A DNA stretch of 63,411 nucleotides, counting the filler, from Octopus bimaculoides (taxonomy: Eukaryota): assembly GCF_001194135.2 (NCBI RefSeq). It is 4 parts of 4 records of this genome, joined end to end, with 100 filler letters (N's around TTAATTAATTAA, not from the genome) between each part and the next. Parts side by side here need not be neighbours in the genome. Positions count along the whole stretch, not along the records: positions 1 to 8,625 come from NC_068992.1; positions 8,726 to 29,220 come from NC_069000.1; 2 more parts are not named here. One strand, 5' to 3'. Both the position numbers and the translations under genes were made by a program. The first letter of the stretch is position 1, and each line of letters opens with the position of its first letter. Below, piece by piece: positions 1 through 10,624 of this stretch. Below the pieces are notes generated by a model. It saw only the letters and a list, made by a program, of their open reading frames with translations. It was not told the DNA's origin and did not search any database.

Positions 1-44
<44 letters not shown>

Positions 45-47
45 GCT

Positions 48-354
48 TACTATAGCCTCAGGTTGACCAAAATCTTGTGAGTGGATTTCGTACTCGGAAA
101 CTGAAAGAAGACTGTCGTATATATGTGTATATTTGTGTATATGTGTGCCTGTGTTTTGTGTTTGTACCCCCACCATCCCTTGACAACTGATGTTGATGTG
201 TTTACATTCCTGTAACTTAGCGGTTTGGTAAAAGACACTGACAGAATGAATACTAGGCTTACAAAGAATAAATCCTGTGGCTGATTTCTTCGACCAACGA
301 CGGTGCTCCACCATGGCCGCAGTAACATGACTGAAACAAGTAAAGCAATAAAAA
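48..354 (+). mobile_element. tRNA-derived SINE family A, 3' two-thirds
   Basis: High similarity to the copies at 3707, 41328 and 57535 (TACTATAGCC...GTGAGTGGATTT...CCATGGCCGCAGT...GAAACAAGTAAA). Confidence 0.85.
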
Positions 355-401
355 TCTATGCCATTTTAATCCCGAGCATGGCCGGGTATCTCTGCTAGTA
401 C

Positions 402-696
402 ATATATAAATATATAATTTAGAGAAAAGAACCAAAGTTCATGAACTCATTCATGAAAATCGACAGTCACATATAGAAAAATTGAATAAGTAAATACACT
501 AAAAAACTATAATAAAATACAAAGTAATAATAATAAAATAATTATTATTATTTTATTATTTTATGATTATTACTTTGTATTTTATTATAGTTCTTTTAGC
601 GTATTTACTTGTTAAATTTTTCTATATGTGACTGTGGATTTTCATGGATGACTTCATGAACTTTGGTTCTTTTCTGTAAATTATATATTTATATAT
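402..696. repeat. ~295-bp AT-rich near-perfect palindrome (foldback/MITE)
   Basis: The left arm TATAATTTAGAGAAAAGAACCAAAGTTCATGAA... is the reverse complement of the right arm ...TTCATGAACTTTGGTTCTTTTCTGTAAATTATA. Confidence 0.9.
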
Positions 697-2229
697 TATA
701 TACTGTGAAACTTAATTTAATTTTAATTTTTGATAAATTGAATTTTTCCGACGCCCTAACTATTCTGTCAACCCGCTACCCTTATGCTATAGTATAATAT
801 GAAATTTAATAAATAATGGAAGATCTGTGTGATAATTGTTGGAATGTCATCGCGTTATCAAAGTCCTATTCCTTATTTCAACGTCATAGATGGAAGAAAA
901 GATCGTCGATAATGGTAATCCAGTAAAGGATCAATTGCAGCATTTAATCTCCTGTAGATTAAATAATCGGATGAAATGCACCAACGAGGGAGCATTTAAG
1001 TGATTGATCACTCGGCTAGTAACAGTAGTTAAATCTCCCACTAATCACAGAAGGAAGTCAGCAAAACACAGAAAGCAATCATAAGATATCTAGTTCTAGA
1101 TACAGTATATATGAGGAAAAGACTGGATTGTCGCGACTGGAACGAACATCTTTTACCATAGGTTTTACTTGATCAGAGATTACTTGGGCCAAAACAGCAA
1201 CTCCACTAATGCACTAATACCACTAAATAATACTCGACCTCAAACAAATAACAACCTACTCTCTCTGTATATATATATATATATNNNNNNNNNNNNNNNN
1301 NNNNNNNNNNNNNNNNNNNNNNNNNNNNNNNNNNNNNNNNNNNNNNNNNNNNNNNNNNNNNNNNNNNNNNNNNNNNNNNNNNNNNNNNNNNNNNNNNNNN
1401 NNNNNNNNNNNNNNNNNNNNNNNNNNNNNNNNNNNNNNNNNNNNNNNNNNNNNNNNNNNNNNNNNNNNNNNNNNNNNNNNNNNNNNNNNNNNNNNNNNNN
1501 NNNNNNNNNNNNNNNNNNNNNNNNNNNNNNNNNNNNNNNNNNNNNNNNNNNNNNNNNNNNNNNNNNNNNNNNNNNNNNNNNNNNNNNNNNNNNNNNNNNN
1601 NNNNNNNNNNNNNNNNNNNNNNNNNNNNNNNNNNNNNNNNNNNNNNNNNNNNNNNNNNNNNNNNNNNNNNNNNNNNNNNNNNNNNNNNNNNNNNNNNNNN
1701 NNNNNNNNNNNNNNNNNNNNNNNNNNNNNNNNNNNNNNNNNNNNNNNNNNNNNNNNNNNNNNNNNNNNNNNNNNNNNNNNNNNNNNNNNNNNNNNNNNNN
1801 NNNNNNNNNNNNNNNNNNNNNNNNNNNNNNNNNNNNNNNNNNNNNNNNNNNNNNNNNNNNNNNNNNNNNNNNNNNNNNNNNNNNNNNNNNNNNNNNNNNN
1901 NNNNNNNNNNNNNNNNNNNNNNNNNNNNNNNNNNNNNNNNNNNNNNNNNNNNNNNNNNNNNNNNNNNNNNNNNNNNNNNNNNNNNNNNNNNNNNNNNNNN
2001 NNNNNNNNNNNNNNNNNNNNNNNNNNNNNNNNNNNNNNNNNNNNNNNGCATAATTTGCTAGGTGAAGTCGTTATCAACAGGTACCCCCAAGACTAAAATA
2101 TATAAACACGAGGCAATCAATTCCATTCCTCCCGTTTATACATCCTAACTTTTTCAAATCTACTGCGCAGATCTAGTGCGCATGATTAAGTATTATATGT
2201 TTTTTGGATAATTTTCTAATTTTAAATGT

Positions 2230-2446
2230 TGGCACTTTTTTTATTGCCGGCGAATTTTTAGTTATGAAAATGCTTATTTTACAATAGAAATAATTAAAAT
2301 CTTAAAAAATATAAATACCTATCAGTCGCAGAAACCCGCGATATACTGAGGAGTCCGCGATATAAATTTACATATATTAGCCAGAAAAATCCGTGATGTA
2401 ATGAGGTCGCGATAAGTGAACCGCGATATGGCGTGTGATTACAGTA
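2230..2446. mobile_element. pogo/Tigger-like DNA transposon terminus
   Basis: Repeated CCGCGATA motifs ending GAACCGCGATATGGCGTGTGATTACAG-TA, resembling Tigger-type TIRs with a TA target. Confidence 0.55.
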
Positions 2447-2689
2447 CAACTATCCAGGGTTTCTTGACTGAAATATTAATTTATTTTGCCATTTATCAAA
2501 CTATCAAAAACAAGATAGTTTAGTAACTGCGTTTGATGCAATTAACATTTGAATGACCAAACGCCTTTACTTAAATACAGACAAAACCACAAGGGAAGTA
2601 ATAAACTTCAGTCTAAACATAAGCAGTGCCTTACGGATATCAAAATTACTGAACCAATACTAGAATGGCTCATGATGTGTCCGATGAAT

Positions 2690-3110
2690 TTTTTCCTTAA
2701 TTTCCGCTAAGACATATTTTTTAAATGTGGGCATGAAGAAAAAATCTCGCTCCTGGTACTTACTCAGCCAATGGCAGTTCTTAAGTTTAAAAATAGAGTT
2801 TTGCAAGCGAGCATATAGAACATCTTTTTGACCCGTTAATATAAGGTTTGGTTTTAGAAAGGATCTTCTATTTGATGCTGTGACTGAAGTTCTCATCCTT
2901 AAATTTCCATGTTAATGCCGAGAGGGTTGTTGTATGTTCTCGGGTTGTCTTAAAGATTGAAAGACGGTCGTTGCATCCAGATCTAAATTTTCCTTCCACA
3001 AATCCAATATAACGTCTGGAATCTGTCCTGCTGTTGCAAAGCTTGCTGATACCTGTACTTCATAAGTGACGGAGGATGTATCGCAAGCCTCTACTTGAGT
3101 GATGGTCACA
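2690..3110 (-). mobile_element. Penelope-like element GIY-YIG endonuclease domain, degenerate
   Basis: The minus strand reads CDTSSVTYEVQV / RRYIGFVEGKFRS / TTLSALTWKFKDENFSHSIK*KILSKTKPYINGSKRCSICSL / TRSEIFSSCPH with frameshifts, a PLE endonuclease signature. Confidence 0.85.
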
Positions 3111-3222
3111 ACTGTAAAACTTTTGATAATGTCTGCTTGATCTGGACTGGACTGGCCTAGAGTTAAACACCATCAACAAAAGATTTTTTTTAGCTTTCCT
3201 TTAAATTTATTCTTTTAAAAAG

Positions 3223-3365
3223 GATCTTTATTTGATGAGGTTGGAAACCAGAAAAACTGGTGGAATAGTGAAACGAAGAAGAAGTTTAATAAGCGTGCCG
3301 AAGGTTTAAAGAAACAGTATGCCGAATTTAACCTCTGCAAAAACAAAAAAAAGTGTCAGTACAAG
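3223..3365 (+). CDS. M13 neprilysin/ECE-like metallopeptidase, internal exon (GSLFDEVGNQKNWWNSETKKKFNKRAEGLKKQYAEFNLCKNKKKCQYK)
   Basis: AG at 3221-3222 and GT(GAG) at 3366. The translation aligns without gaps to the neprilysin GxxFDxxGNxxxWW...F...QY segment, and the phase is compatible with the next exon. Confidence 0.93.
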
Positions 3366-3706
3366 GTGAGTTAAAATATAACTTATCTCTTACAAATATC
3401 CTGACCTCTAAATGCCTTTATGTGTGAGCGTGTGCTATAGTTTTATTTTAGATTTCTCGCCAGTAGAGAAAGAGTCACTCTCAGCCTAGAATCAAGACTC
3501 TGGAATTTACGCATCAGCTATATTCTTATGTGTGTATGTATGTATGTAGGTGTGCATGTATGTCGTAGAACTTCCAGAAGTTTAGCATATTATAAGTGCA
3601 GTCACACGTCTAGACATACATATATTATACATAAATACATGCATACGTAAATTCATATATATGTATACCTGTATTAAAACATACGAATCTATACGAAATG
3701 ACATCC

Positions 3707-3852
3707 AGTGGTAAGAAGCTTGCTTCCCAACAACATAATTCCGGGTTCAGTCCCACTGCATGGCACATTGGGCAAGTGTCTTCTACTATAGCCTTGGGCC
3801 GACCAAAGCTTTGTGACTGGATTTGGTAGACGAAATCTGAAATAAGCCCGTC

Positions 3853-3896
<44 letters not shown>

Positions 3897-4152
3897 GTAT
3901 ATATGTATATGTTTGTGTGTCTGTGTTTGTCGCCCCCACCATCGCTTGACAACCGATGTCGGTGTGTTTACGTTCCCGTAACTTAGTGGTTCAGCAAAAG
4001 AAACCGATAGAATAAGTTTAGCATGTTATAGGCTAAACGTCTAGGCTTACAAAGAATAACTCCTGGGGGCGATTTGTTCGACTAAAAGTGTTGCTCCAGC
4101 ATGGCTGCAGTCAAATGACTGAAAGAAGTAAAAACAAGAAAAGAATAAAAGA
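3707..4152 (+). mobile_element. SINE family A, near full length, with internal (TA)n
   Basis: B-box-like GGTTCAGTCCC head and shared body and tail. Confidence 0.88.
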
Positions 4153-4404
4153 ATACGTACATACCATAAATACATTCCCATTGGGAATGAGGGACCCCTT
4201 TGTTAAGTCGTCCCTTGAGGAGAAGGCTAGCTCGTATATAAAACCCTTTGCTCTACTAAGCCGGGTATCCTGCACTTTGCTTATATCACTAGTTAGTCCT
4301 TGCTAGCAGTGAAACGAAAACGTCATATGTTTTTATAATGAAAGAAAAAGAGACGCAAGAGCCAAACAAAGGCACTCGGTATACAAGAAATAGCAGCCAA
4401 ATAA

Positions 4405-4845
4405 TTTATTGGATTCAAATTTTGGCACCAGGCTAGTAAGTTTGGAAGGGAGGGTAAGTTGATTACATCAACCCTATTACTGAACCGGTACTTATTTTAT
4501 CGATCCTGAAAGGATGAAAGGCAAAGTCAACCTCTGCGGAATTTGAACTCACAACGTAAGGTGGACGAAATACTGCTGAGCTTTTTGCCCGGTGTGCTTA
4601 CGATTCTGTCCCGCTCGCCGTCTTGTGCCACCTATTTCATATTGGTTCAAATGTTTTGCAGAAGGCCAGCAAAATCGGGGTAGGGGATAAGACGATTACC
4701 ATCGACCCCCATCCTCAACTGGTACTTATTTTGTCTACCTTGAAAGGCCTAAACGGAATTTGAACGCAGGACGTAAAGACGGACGAAATGCCGCAAAGAA
4801 TTTTGCTCGGCGTGCTAACGATTCTGTCAGCTCGTTGCCTTAGCA
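4405..4845 (-). mobile_element. Two tandem copies of tRNA-derived SINE family B
   Basis: Reverse complement of the family-B body (GGCGAGCTGGCAGAATCGTTAGCACG...GAGTTCAAATTCCG...GGGGTCGATAAAATAAGTACCAG) seen at 26826 and 58931. Confidence 0.85.
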
Positions 4846-5183
4846 GCTAAATAATATATCAACTACGTCAAATAATTTTTTTTTAAATCGAAAACATTGA
4901 ATAATGTAGCCTGAATTACACTATTCTTGAAAATGCGTCGAGATAGTACGGGTTTAGAATGTCATTGGGAATATGCATGCTCTATTGGGGCCAGCTTGAG
5001 GCTAAACGAGGACAACAACAGCAACAACAACAATGACACTTGGAAAAATAGCTTTCAGTACTTCCTTTTTTTAGAAACCATGGTCCAGGCCATGTTGGTA
5101 CATTGTTTTCTATACTTTTATGCCTTTATTATAAGTTAACAAAACATGCTTATAACACATTCTTAAAATTTATTGTTAAACAG

Positions 5184-5249
5184 ATCGATGGGAAGAGGAC
5201 TCTGGGAGAAAACATTGCTGACAACGGAGGACTAAAAGCAGCATTTAAT
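5184..5249 (+). CDS. M13 peptidase exon carrying the zinc-ligand motif (IDGKRTLGENIADNGGLKAAFN)
   Basis: CAG acceptor and GTAAG donor; contains the diagnostic M13 motif TLGENIADNGG. Confidence 0.97.
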
Positions 5250-5422
5250 GTAAGAAACTTTTAACCATCCTTAACAACTTCTAGTAGATTTTGTTTTACC
5301 TTCACCCTAATCGTGTGATGTCTCTTCTATTTCAATCAAATATATTCTAAAGACCGCAAGAGATAGGAGAGAAAAATGTGTGTATATCTATCTATCTATC
5401 TATCTATGTATCTATTACAAGG

Positions 5423-5625
5423 ACATAAACAAACCAATACCGGTTGTCAAGTGGTGGTGTTGTGACAAAAACAAAGGGATAAACACAAATACACTACGAC
5501 TTCCACACAGTTTCCGTTTCTCAAATTCACTCAGAAGATATTGGTCTGCTGGGGCTATTGAAAAGGATACACCTCAAGTGCCACGCATTAGAATTGAATC
5601 CGAGACCACGTAGTTGCGAAGGTTT
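5423..5625 (-). mobile_element. SINE family A fragment, diverged
   Basis: Contains ACCGGTTGTCAAG...TTTCCGT...AAATTCACTC of family A in reverse. Confidence 0.7.
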
Positions 5626-5786
5626 GGCCTCCAATCTGGCCTTCCGCAGCGATACCCTTAAAGCCACGAACCTTCCAGCGCCCATCTCATATATGCACTG
5701 ATTTTCATAGTATAATTACTTGGTGATCACATTTGAAAGGGACGAGCAAATGCCGGCAATATATCGTTTCTTGTATTTCATTCCAG

Positions 5787-5885
5787 GCCTACAAAACTAG
5801 CATAAAGAAAACAGGAGAGAAACAGCAAATGCTACCAGGTCTGGAATATACAGATGACCAGTTGTTTTTCGCAGGGTTTGCTCAC
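5787..5885 (+). CDS. M13 peptidase exon (AYKTSIKKTGEKQQMLPGLEYTDDQLFFAGFAH)
   Basis: CAG acceptor, GTAAG donor, 99 nt in phase 0; contains the M13 motif LPGLxxTxxQLFFxxFA. Confidence 0.96.
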
Positions 5886-6099
5886 GTAAGTATTGCACAG
5901 AACCTATGTACCAACCCATAACAGTGTTCATGTTCAGTTTCATGAAACGAAGAGCTTAGAGGACCATCCAACGCTGTGTCCTTATGCACACAAACACACG
6001 CTCACACACGCATATACACGCACACACATGCACATATGCATGTCACACATAAAAAAAAAAAACTGGAGATTCATTAAAGTTATATTTTGTTTGTTATAG

Positions 6100-6173
6100 A
6101 TTTGGTGCCGGAGAACAAGTCATCAAAGTCTTCTGAACCAACTTAAAAATGAACATTCTCCTGCACGAGCTAG
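6100..6173 (+). CDS. M13 peptidase exon (IWCRRTSHQSLLNQLKNEHSPARAR)
   Basis: TAG acceptor and GTAAG donor; contains WC...HSPxxxR with the catalytic His and Arg. Confidence 0.95.
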
Positions 6174-6619
6174 GTAAGACTTTCATTCATTCATTCATTA
6201 TTCATTCGGCAGTCAGTTCTAGGAAATGTAAANNNNNNNNNNNNNNNNNNNNNNNNNNNNNNNNNNNNNNNNNNNNNNNNNNNNNNNNNNNNNNNNNNNN
6301 NNNNNNNNNNNNNNNNNNNNNNNNNNNNNNNNNNNNNNNNNNNNNNNNNNNNNNNNNNNNNNNNNNNNNNNNNNNNNNNNNNNNNNNNNNNNNNNNNNNN
6401 NNNNNNNNNNNNNNNNNNNNNNNNNNNNNNNNNNNNNNNNNNNNNNNNNNNNNNNNNNNNNNNNNNNNNNNNNNNNNNNNNNNNNNNNNNNNNNNNNNNN
6501 NNNNNNNNNNNNNNNNNNNNNNNNNNNNNNNNNNNNNCAGGGAAAAGATATAAATATATTTATTTATTTATTTATGGGTTTCAGCCAAGTGGCTGCGGTC
6601 ATGCTGGAATATGTATATA

Positions 6620-6811
6620 TGATTGACCGTTGACTGAACACTATTCAATTTTTTTTCTCCGTGTTTTTCTCCTTGTCTCCGTATTCTTTCTGTTGAAGAG
6701 CGTAGCTCGAAACGTCAAAGACTTTCCATATTCCCGAGCGTCATACTAATATATACTTTTGTTATTTACACCACCTGTCCTCGTCTGTTGTTATTTTTTG
6801 TATATTCTCCC

Positions 6812-6812
<1 letters not shown>
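6620..6812 (+). mobile_element. Probable Penelope-like terminal repeat fragment
   Basis: Carries a hammerhead-like core typical of PLE terminal repeats and ends in (TA)n. No ORF, so the assignment is inferred. Confidence 0.5.
6685..6721 (+). ncRNA. Minimal type I hammerhead ribozyme-like motif (A6U variant)
   Basis: TCTTT-CTGTTGA-A-GAGC/GTA/GCTC-GAAA-CG-TC-AAAGA: 5-bp stem I, 4-bp stem II, GUC triplet and palindromic ACGT stem III. Confidence 0.6.
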
Positions 6813-6849
<37 letters not shown>

Positions 6850-7074
6850 GTATTACTTACAATTTTGTGCATTAAATTTGCATTAGAATGCTATGAGTAT
6901 AATTTCATCAGAGACAAAGATATACAATAAGATGTTACATGCCGATCTTTCAGTTCATATCAGAAGACTAAATATGGTGGATTATTATTTTCATATGGTT
7001 ATGTGCAGGTGAAGAGTTAATGGATTAATTAGTTCTTAGTGAGATTCAGAATGACACAGAAAGTGACCAAGCTG

Positions 7075-7230
7075 GCTCCTTTGAATACACGTACAACTCA
7101 TTTTAGCCAGCTGAGTGCACTGGAGCAACGTGAAATATAAAGTATTTTGTTCAAAACGTCGCCGGGAATCGACTCACGACCTTACGGTCGTAAGATGACC
7201 ACCCTGACAACTTAGTCATGCGCTTTCACA
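7075..7230 (-). mobile_element. SINE family D 5' part
   Basis: Reverse complement of GTTGCTCCAGTGCACTCAGCTGGCTAAAATGAG, shared with the copy at 31503. Confidence 0.7.
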
Positions 7231-7307
7231 AGCACACATGCACATTCACACACACAAACACACACATTTTTTCTTATTAACATTCTTTGTTTCTTCTTTT
7301 CACACAG

Positions 7308-7407
7308 GGTTATGGTAACGCTGATGAACAGCTACGAATTCTCCGAAGCATTTAAGTGTCCACCAAATTCAAGGATGAATCCCACCAAAAAATATGGCGT
7401 ATGGTGA
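7308..7407 (+). CDS. M13 peptidase terminal exon (VMVTLMNSYEFSEAFKCPPNSRMNPTKKYGVW*)
   Basis: Long pyrimidine tract plus CAG acceptor; C-terminal motif NSxEFxxAFxCxxxSxMNPxxxxxVW; TGA at 7405-7407. Confidence 0.97.
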
Positions 7408-7864
7408 TGAATATAGTTTAGTAACAACGTAACTGTTTGCTTGAATTTCTTGAATACACGTATTATTCTGTACGCGAATGTCTGAAGCAAGAGTTTTGTC
7501 CCCTATCCTCACTAACTTTTAAAAATCTTCAAGCGATATCCCTTGTATGTATAACTATTTACTTGTATATAAACAATTAGTAGTGTGGACGGCTAAGAAA
7601 TTTTTTTCACAATCATGTGGTACAGGGTTCGATTCAGCGGTACAGAACTTTGGGTATTTGAGCAAAAATTTTGTATCATTGACTCCTGATGGCTTAAGAT
7701 ATGCGAGGGTCTGATGTCAAACTCACGGTCTCTGTCTGATGTGGAGGCCGTGAGTTTGAGCTTGAGATCAAACTGGTTCGATGAGCGTACCCTGCCATCC
7801 TGGCTCGACATGGCTTGGCAGAGGGGTGCAGTTTAAAAAAAATTTTATAATCTTACCCAGGAGT

Positions 7865-8035
7865 AGTTAAATCGATCACATCGTCGCCAGTGCTCCATTG
7901 GTACTTATTATATCGACCCCGAAAGGAAGAAAGGCAAAGTCGACCTCAGTGGAATTTGAAATCAGAACGTAAAGACAGACGAAATACTGCTAAGCATTTT
8001 GTCGCCCGGCGTACTAGCGCTTTTGCCAGCTTACC
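7865..8035 (-). mobile_element. SINE family B
   Basis: Contains GGTACTTATTATATCGACCCCGAAAGG...GGAATTTGAA...GACGAAATAC. Confidence 0.8.
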
Positions 8036-8580
8036 CCTCTCTATATGTGTGTGTTTGTTTGTGTTTACAATAGTGAGGTTATACCAAGAAATATTTCCAA
8101 TGTATGTAATGAATATAATGCCATGCGGTATATAGTTACGTACCTTTAAGCTCTGAGTTCAAATCTGGCTGAGATCAACATTACATTTCATCCTTCTGGA
8201 TGTCCATAAAATAAAACACCAATTAGCTGAGTGTTTCTCACCCATCCACAAGTCCAGGCTTGCTTATATTAGAAATCATTTCAACATAACAGTAAGTTTC
8301 TAAACATTAATTTAATCCTCAGACAGACTCTGTATAACAAGATTTGTGCCGTTTGAATCAGTAGCACGGTGCTATCCGTCCGAGCAATTTCTACTCCAGA
8401 TTCCATCTATTATACCTCATTATTTCGTCTTCACAAGGCAGTGGAATCGGGCCCTATAAAAACCATTGATTGAGAAAGGAATTTCGTCGCCATTTGACCA
8501 GTCTGCGCCTAAAAGTATAGAAAATAAATAATCAATTTCCAAGACAGTGTGAAAGATATAATTTAAAGCAGAGTAAGAGT

Positions 8581-8625
<45 letters not shown>

Positions 8626-8725
8626 NNNNNNNNNNNNNNNNNNNNNNNNNNNNNNNNNNNNNNNNNNNNTTAATTAATTAANNNNNNNNNNNNNNNNNNN
8701 NNNNNNNNNNNNNNNNNNNNNNNNN
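8626..8725. other. Artificial scaffold join spacer (44 N + TTAATTAATTAA + 44 N)
   Basis: Exactly 100 bp, identical to the spacers at 29221 and 58574. Confidence 0.95.
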
Positions 8726-8971
8726 AAATATTTTGAAACATGAAATATTTATTTAAAATGGAAACCGTTGTGGTTGGCCCCCCTTTTCTCTTCACACACA
8801 CACACACAAACGTTTCTCTGAAATCGTGGTCCTGAAATGTGATCCCTATTTACCCTAATATATACACACTTCAAACAGGGCTGACCTCCTTTGTGTTTTT
8901 GGATCAACAAAGTAAAAACAGTGTGTATTTATATATACATGTATTATGTGTATGCGTGTGTGTATGTGTAT

Positions 8972-9024
<53 letters not shown>

Positions 9025-10384
9025 CCTTATGATTTCGCTGAGGCACAATGATACGAATAAACTCATGTTAGAACTCAGAATGAGGCATTGATCGAGCGCA
9101 GAACGTAATGAGAAATGAAATAAATGGCAAACGGGGGCAGGAAAGGATGCAATAACCGCCATTGGCATACAGCTGTTTCTGCTACAAGATGCAGAGGACA
9201 CTGAGTGCTCGTGTCTCACCTTATAGCTTCCTCATATCTGTCTAACATTTGATAATTGGAAACGTAAAAACTGGGGAGTAACGGTTAGCGAGGTGTTCAG
9301 CTTCCCGTAAATACAATAAAACTCTACATATCGTATTGAGCACTCTTTTCTTTTTGTTATTTGCACAGCATGCGTATATAGAATGTAAACTTTGCCCGTA
9401 AATGCTATATAAATACATATATTTGCATAATTTGTAATCGGGTGGTTAGGTGACCTTATGGCATTGATTGCCCGACCATTTGGCAAACCATTACACATCA
9501 CCCACCACTTTCGCTCGACTTGTTAGAAATAGCAGTTAAAATAGCCATTAAATTACACCGATAAAATATGAATCACACAAGGTACTGTGGCTTATACCGC
9601 ATCCTCTTAAAAACGGGATTGGTCATCGGGAGAAGACCTTTCAATAATGGTTAGCTTAACCGGAGCTGGCTTTGGGGCTTAAAGCTCCTCTTATCGTCAA
9701 CGTCATCGCCTTTAACCTCTACCACCATCATCATCATCATCATCGCTAGTCACACACGCACCTACCTTCGTCGTCATGACTACCAACATCAACACAAGCG
9801 TCTACCCACGGCTATCATTCACCACCATCACAACCACCCCGTCCTCGCTAAACCCACCACCACCACCAACCATCGCGAGCCGTTTGATATATTACACATT
9901 TATTACTTTGCGCTCTTAAACCCCGCCATCTCAGCCATCCTGTGTATTTAAAACCAGTCCAACTTCCAAGNNNNNNNNNNNNNNNNNTCCACTCCGCAGT
10001 TCCCACACTTTGGTGTATATTTGACGAAAAGCGGTGTGTAAAATGTAAACGATGTATAGTGTACTTGCAGTTTGAAATAGTTTCGAAAGATAACCTGTAT
10101 ACACTCACGTTTATACATTCCTTCACGCGTGTATGTGTGCATGTTTATCAATGTCTCTCTCTCACACACGAAAAATGCATTAAATCCTGAAAAACGTACT
10201 CAGAGGACGAACACAGAAGGAACCAAATTCTTCATCAGTTATCGACCGAAACACTGATAAACAGTTTCATGCCTCTAACGAACACACACACATACACAAA
10301 CGTACTCAAACAACAATATATTGGCGCGCACCCATTATATCAAAGTCCAAACAAAACACATAACGGCCAACAAAAGCTAATGAG

Positions 10385-10545
10385 AGGATCCTATATATGG
10401 TTGCTCAGCCTGCTAGAAATTGTAGCCAAATTCACCTTAAAAAAGAAAAGGACAACAATAGTCCCTGATACACAAAATGAAGTGATAATCGTGGCTGGAA
10501 TTTTTCGATGACAGGTTTGATTGATCAAGGTTGGTCTGAGATTAA
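10385..10545. mobile_element. Abundant short interspersed repeat family C
   Basis: The motif GCTAGAAATAGCAGCCAAAT...CCTCAAATCACACC recurs in either orientation near 9520, 10410, 10690, 10820, 13150, 13820, 16000, 16210, 22610, 25490, 25610 and 45690. Confidence 0.65.
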
Positions 10546-10581
10546 ACAACAGTAAATATTTTCCCACGCATAAATCACTGC

Positions 10582-10624
<43 letters not shown>

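Noticed and set aside
884-997. Short ORF MEEKIVDNGNPVK... as the missing HExxH exon
   Set aside because: No HExxH or other M13 similarity and no usable splice sites. The upstream exons probably lie outside the window or in the gap.
1169-2077. Long ORFs of 270-295 aa
   Set aside because: Almost entirely N-gap translation (X). The same applies to the ORFs at 6149, 18834, 24347, 30704, 40531, 50086, 51896 and 61916.
8670-8681. TTAATTAATTAA as a conserved biological motif
   Set aside because: Always centred in exactly 44+44 N, so it is an assembly spacer.
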